39,095 nt of DNA from Neolecta irregularis DAH-3 (taxonomy: Eukaryota), in the NCBI GenBank assembly GCA_001929475.1, contig LXFE01000695.1:1-39095 (forward strand). Direction: 5' to 3'. Below the pieces are notes generated by a model. It ran no database searches, was not told the DNA's origin, and worked only from the letters and a program-made list of their open reading frames with translations. A program made the translations under genes and the position numbers. Below, piece by piece: positions 36,175 through 39,095 of this stretch. Positions within the stretch are counted from its first letter, which is position 1. Every line of letters begins with the position of its first letter.

Positions 36175-37087
36175 TGTTAGGACACCATCAAGCTAATCCG
36201 GATGGTTCGTCCTTACTGTAGGCTCTGGTTGCAATCTGAATAGCATGCGCTATAAAGGAAACAGACTAATACTATTGAGTTTCCAAGGAGAGCCTGTTCA
36301 GTATGCTGGGCAGGCCTACATTATGGATAATTGTGAGGACCCAAGGATCGGTGATCGCGTGTAGACACCCAGCTCAGATGCACTGACAAGTAAGTAACAT
36401 TGCGAAAGACCACAAGCCACCAATGTCCGGATGGGGGCATTAGTGCGCCACGCAGCCAATTCGGCGATAAGACCAAGCGAAATCTGGTAATTTATTTTTG
36501 TCCATGCGAAGTGGCAATCATGAAGTACTTGTTGCAAAGCCGGTGAATTGTCACCTGTTCTGAACACTTTTCCGATCCGTGTCTCACCTCCAATCCCATA
36601 GATTCCTACTTTCGAGACAGCTCTAGGACGCCTCCACGCTCACAAGCTGCCTCCGTCTATCCTCACAGTCTCGGCTTATTTCAATTACTACTATAGGTCT
36701 CTTACTTGGGGAAGTTAGGAGTGCTACCGCTCCCAGAGTACTCTCTGACCCGCCACCCTGTTTCAATATTGTCCTTCCTTGTTTCTCCCCCACATAGACC
36801 TGTAGGGCCGCCTTGCCAGCAATGGCTATAAAAGGAGGCCCATTTCCGCTCTTGTTAGATAGCCAATAATATTACAATTCTTCTGATACCGATCTCCAAA
36901 GATCAGGAAGACCGATATCTCCGTGCTCACCAATTTACACCCAATCTATTACAACAACTACAACAACTACCAAACCACAATCCTTAAGCTACAACCAGCG
37001 TGTGACATACTCGACACAATCTTCTCGGGGCAAATGATCAGACACATTGTTCGTAACGGCAGAGATCTATATATGCGTTTGATAACA
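36175..37087 (+). mobile_element. Solo-LTR-like element or nested LTR remnants; boundaries uncertain
   Basis: Contains the repeat shared with 1-181, a TATAAAAGG box at 36827-36835, TG...CA ends (TGTTA at 36175 / TAACA ending 37087) and an internal TGTGAGGA...TCCTCACA inverted pair (36332-36667). No retroelement ORF. Confidence 0.55.
36839..37019 (+). repeat. Second copy of the repeat found at 1-181
   Basis: 178/181 identical positions by manual alignment. Confidence 0.9.
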
Positions 37088-37214
37088 TAATATTGAGCTA
37101 AAGGGAAATCACAGAACCACGGCCCAACGCCCCGCCCTGAAGAATGACCAAAACAAGACATTGAAGAAACACAGAATATGATAGATGCCACTGACGATAA
37201 CTAGACATAAAGCA

Positions 37215-38350
37215 TTATGCAGCTTCGTAATGCTTTGAAGCCAACGTCTGACATTCGGATGGAGATTGACTCGTTGGATGAAGAAGGATATCAGTTGAGA
37301 TGCCATCATCAGAGTTGACAGTAGGAGGTGTCTGAGGCCCGTTGACGTGTCGTGTGAGAGAAGAAGCGGACGTAGACCGAACAAAAGGAGATTCTTGTGT
37401 CTCTAGCAGTTTCCTTTCCTCCTCTTCTTTTTTCTTTCGTTCTCTTTCCAGCCGACGATCTTCTTCTTCCAGACTCAACTTGAGGGCTTCTTGAAGTAAG
37501 ATATCATCGATATCATCTCGACGTCTTGAGCTGTTTGTAGGTCTAACCAGTGACGATTGCATTCGGCTTCGATTATTCTGATCAATGATAGCTTGATTAG
37601 CTGCTTGTAACTGAAGTGATTTCTTTGCCGTCTTCCATGCGCGTCGATAATCAGGTCTAATATGATCTGTACTTTTCAAAAACTGAAACTGCAACAAAAT
37701 ACCATACCACATATTATTACCCTTTCATCGGCTTTATCATATCTTGTCTTCTCCACCGGTGGCGGGTAAACAACGCCGAAATCTGATTCCGTGCAGTATG
37801 GACAACTTGGAGCCTCGTTGAAGACGTCAAATGTCTCTTGATTTCTCCGATGAGGGGGAGCTCGTTTGATTTGCACAAAGCATTCTGAACAGATTGGTTG
37901 GGAACAACATCGAGCAACATTCATCATCGGGTAGAACTAATATTTGTCAATTGCAACTGAATATATGCGTACCAAGAAACAGATTGGACATTCCTCGCAT
38001 CCTCTGTACATATCTACCAAACTGTCTTGCGGAGGAAACGGAAGAGAAGCAGTACTTGCTCGAGACCGGGTTGAGCTGGAAGGGTGTCGTGCCGAGGTCA
38101 CACTTGAAGTCTTGCCTCGCTCGTCCAACAAAGATCTTAATTTTGCATCTGACCATGATGAATCAAAGTCGGAGAGTCCTCTGTAAAACGGTGCAAATTT
38201 ACGATCTAGTTGCAACTGACGGACAATCTGAAGGCAATAATCGATGGGTCCATTGTATACTCCCTGTGGAGTCGTGTAGCCGCCGTCGATATGTTCAGCA
38301 GACTCTCGAGTTGGAGAAAGAATTGCCGAACGAGAAGAGTTCACTCCCAT
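37215..38350 (-). CDS. SIP5: Sip5-like protein (Snf1/Reg1-interacting, RING-like zinc finger)
   Basis: MGVNSS start (possible myristoylation), HIDGGYTTPQGVY, VRQLQLDRKFAPFYRGL, ECPICFL|FYPMMNVARCCSQPICSECFVQIKR, CPYC, DHIRPD, ILLQEALKLSL. Two introns. Confidence 0.85.
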
Positions 38351-38581
38351 GGATCATAAAGGGAAGGAGATTTGAATGATTTGGAGGTTATAAATCAGTG
38401 CTTTGCAATATTGTAAAAGGTTGGGCAGAATAAACAGGTCCTCCCCCGATTTAACAAGATTTCCAAGGAAATAGATTTCTTGGAATATACATATATTAAA
38501 TTATCAACTGTGATCAATTCATGTATTCTATTAATATTATTCTAATGCAAACACTACGATTTCTCCACCTTGTTTGCGCTA

Positions 38582-39095
38582 ATGTTCACCACCACTCGGG
38601 CGTCGATTAGTCGATTGTCAAAACGCATGTTCTCTGCAATTCAAACTTCTCTTCCGTCAAAAGCAGTAGCTCGGATTACTCTTTCTCGACCTCCGGTAAA
38701 TGCGTTAAACAGCGCCTTGTTTACTGAACTCAACGCTGCTCTTCGAGAGTATGCAGCTGATCCATCGATTAAAGTCGTTTTGCTTACCGGTTCTAAAAAG
38801 GCTTTTGCAGCGGGAGCGGATATTAAAGAGATGAGCAATTTATCGTTTGCCGATGCGTATGGGAAAGAATTTATATCTCACTGGAGTGAGATGATGAACT
38901 TTTCCAAGCCTGTCGTTGCAGCTGTGAGGGGCTTTACATTGGGAGGAGGATGTGAATTGGCGATGATGTAGGACGGTGTTTCAGGACCCTGCTGAAATCC
39001 AGGGCGGATATTTTGTATGCGAGCGAAACAGCAATATTTGGACAACCAGAGATAAAGTTGGGGGTGATACCTGGTATTATCTTGTTATTTATTAG
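38582..39095 (+). CDS. Mitochondrial enoyl-CoA hydratase (ECHS1-like); runs off the window end
   Basis: ITLSRPPVNALN, LTGSKKAFAAGADIKEM, KPVVAAVRGFTLGGGCELAMM|ADILYA..FGQPEIKLGVIP; Arg/Ser-rich presequence. Confidence 0.9.

Noticed and set aside
1-37087. Giant mobile element bounded by the two direct repeats
   Set aside because: The enclosed genes are intron-rich core housekeeping genes with no transposase, integrase, RT or recombinase, and one copy is separated by an assembly gap. Two independent insertions is simpler.
1-39095. CRISPR arrays, rRNA, tRNA, telomerase template, riboswitch
   Set aside because: By eye I found no repeat-spacer array, cloverleaf, rRNA-like sequence or telomere-repeat template; a covariance-model scan would be needed to exclude small RNAs.

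Overview
Eukaryotic (fungal) nuclear DNA: a very gene-dense, intron-rich region with about 20 protein-coding genes, mostly conserved housekeeping genes. They encode a DEAH helicase, an ABC1/UbiB kinase, a RING-PH-VWA protein, an RRM protein, eIF4G, PDH E1-alpha, Oma1, NSRP1-like, an L-type lectin, Tim13, Nuc1/EndoG, a ZIP transporter, a RanBP2-ZnF protein, a DGAT1-type MBOAT, Pfs2, Alg8, Sip5 and enoyl-CoA hydratase. There is also one orphan secreted protein next to an LTR-like repeat, and a second copy of that repeat at the window start beside a 10-N gap. The protein set and the tiny introns suggest an early-diverging ascomycete (Taphrinomycotina, e.g. Neolecta-like); this is inference, not verified. 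The most striking signal is the splicing architecture, reconstructed by hand from conserved protein motifs: roughly 85-90 introns, almost all 31-50 nt, with very degenerate donors, several GC-AG introns (three in a row in PDA1), a 3-nt micro-exon, 8-nt micro-exons and many stop-free in-frame introns. The ORF track misses a complete four-exon TIM13 gene. Gene names come from motif recognition only; no database search was run.
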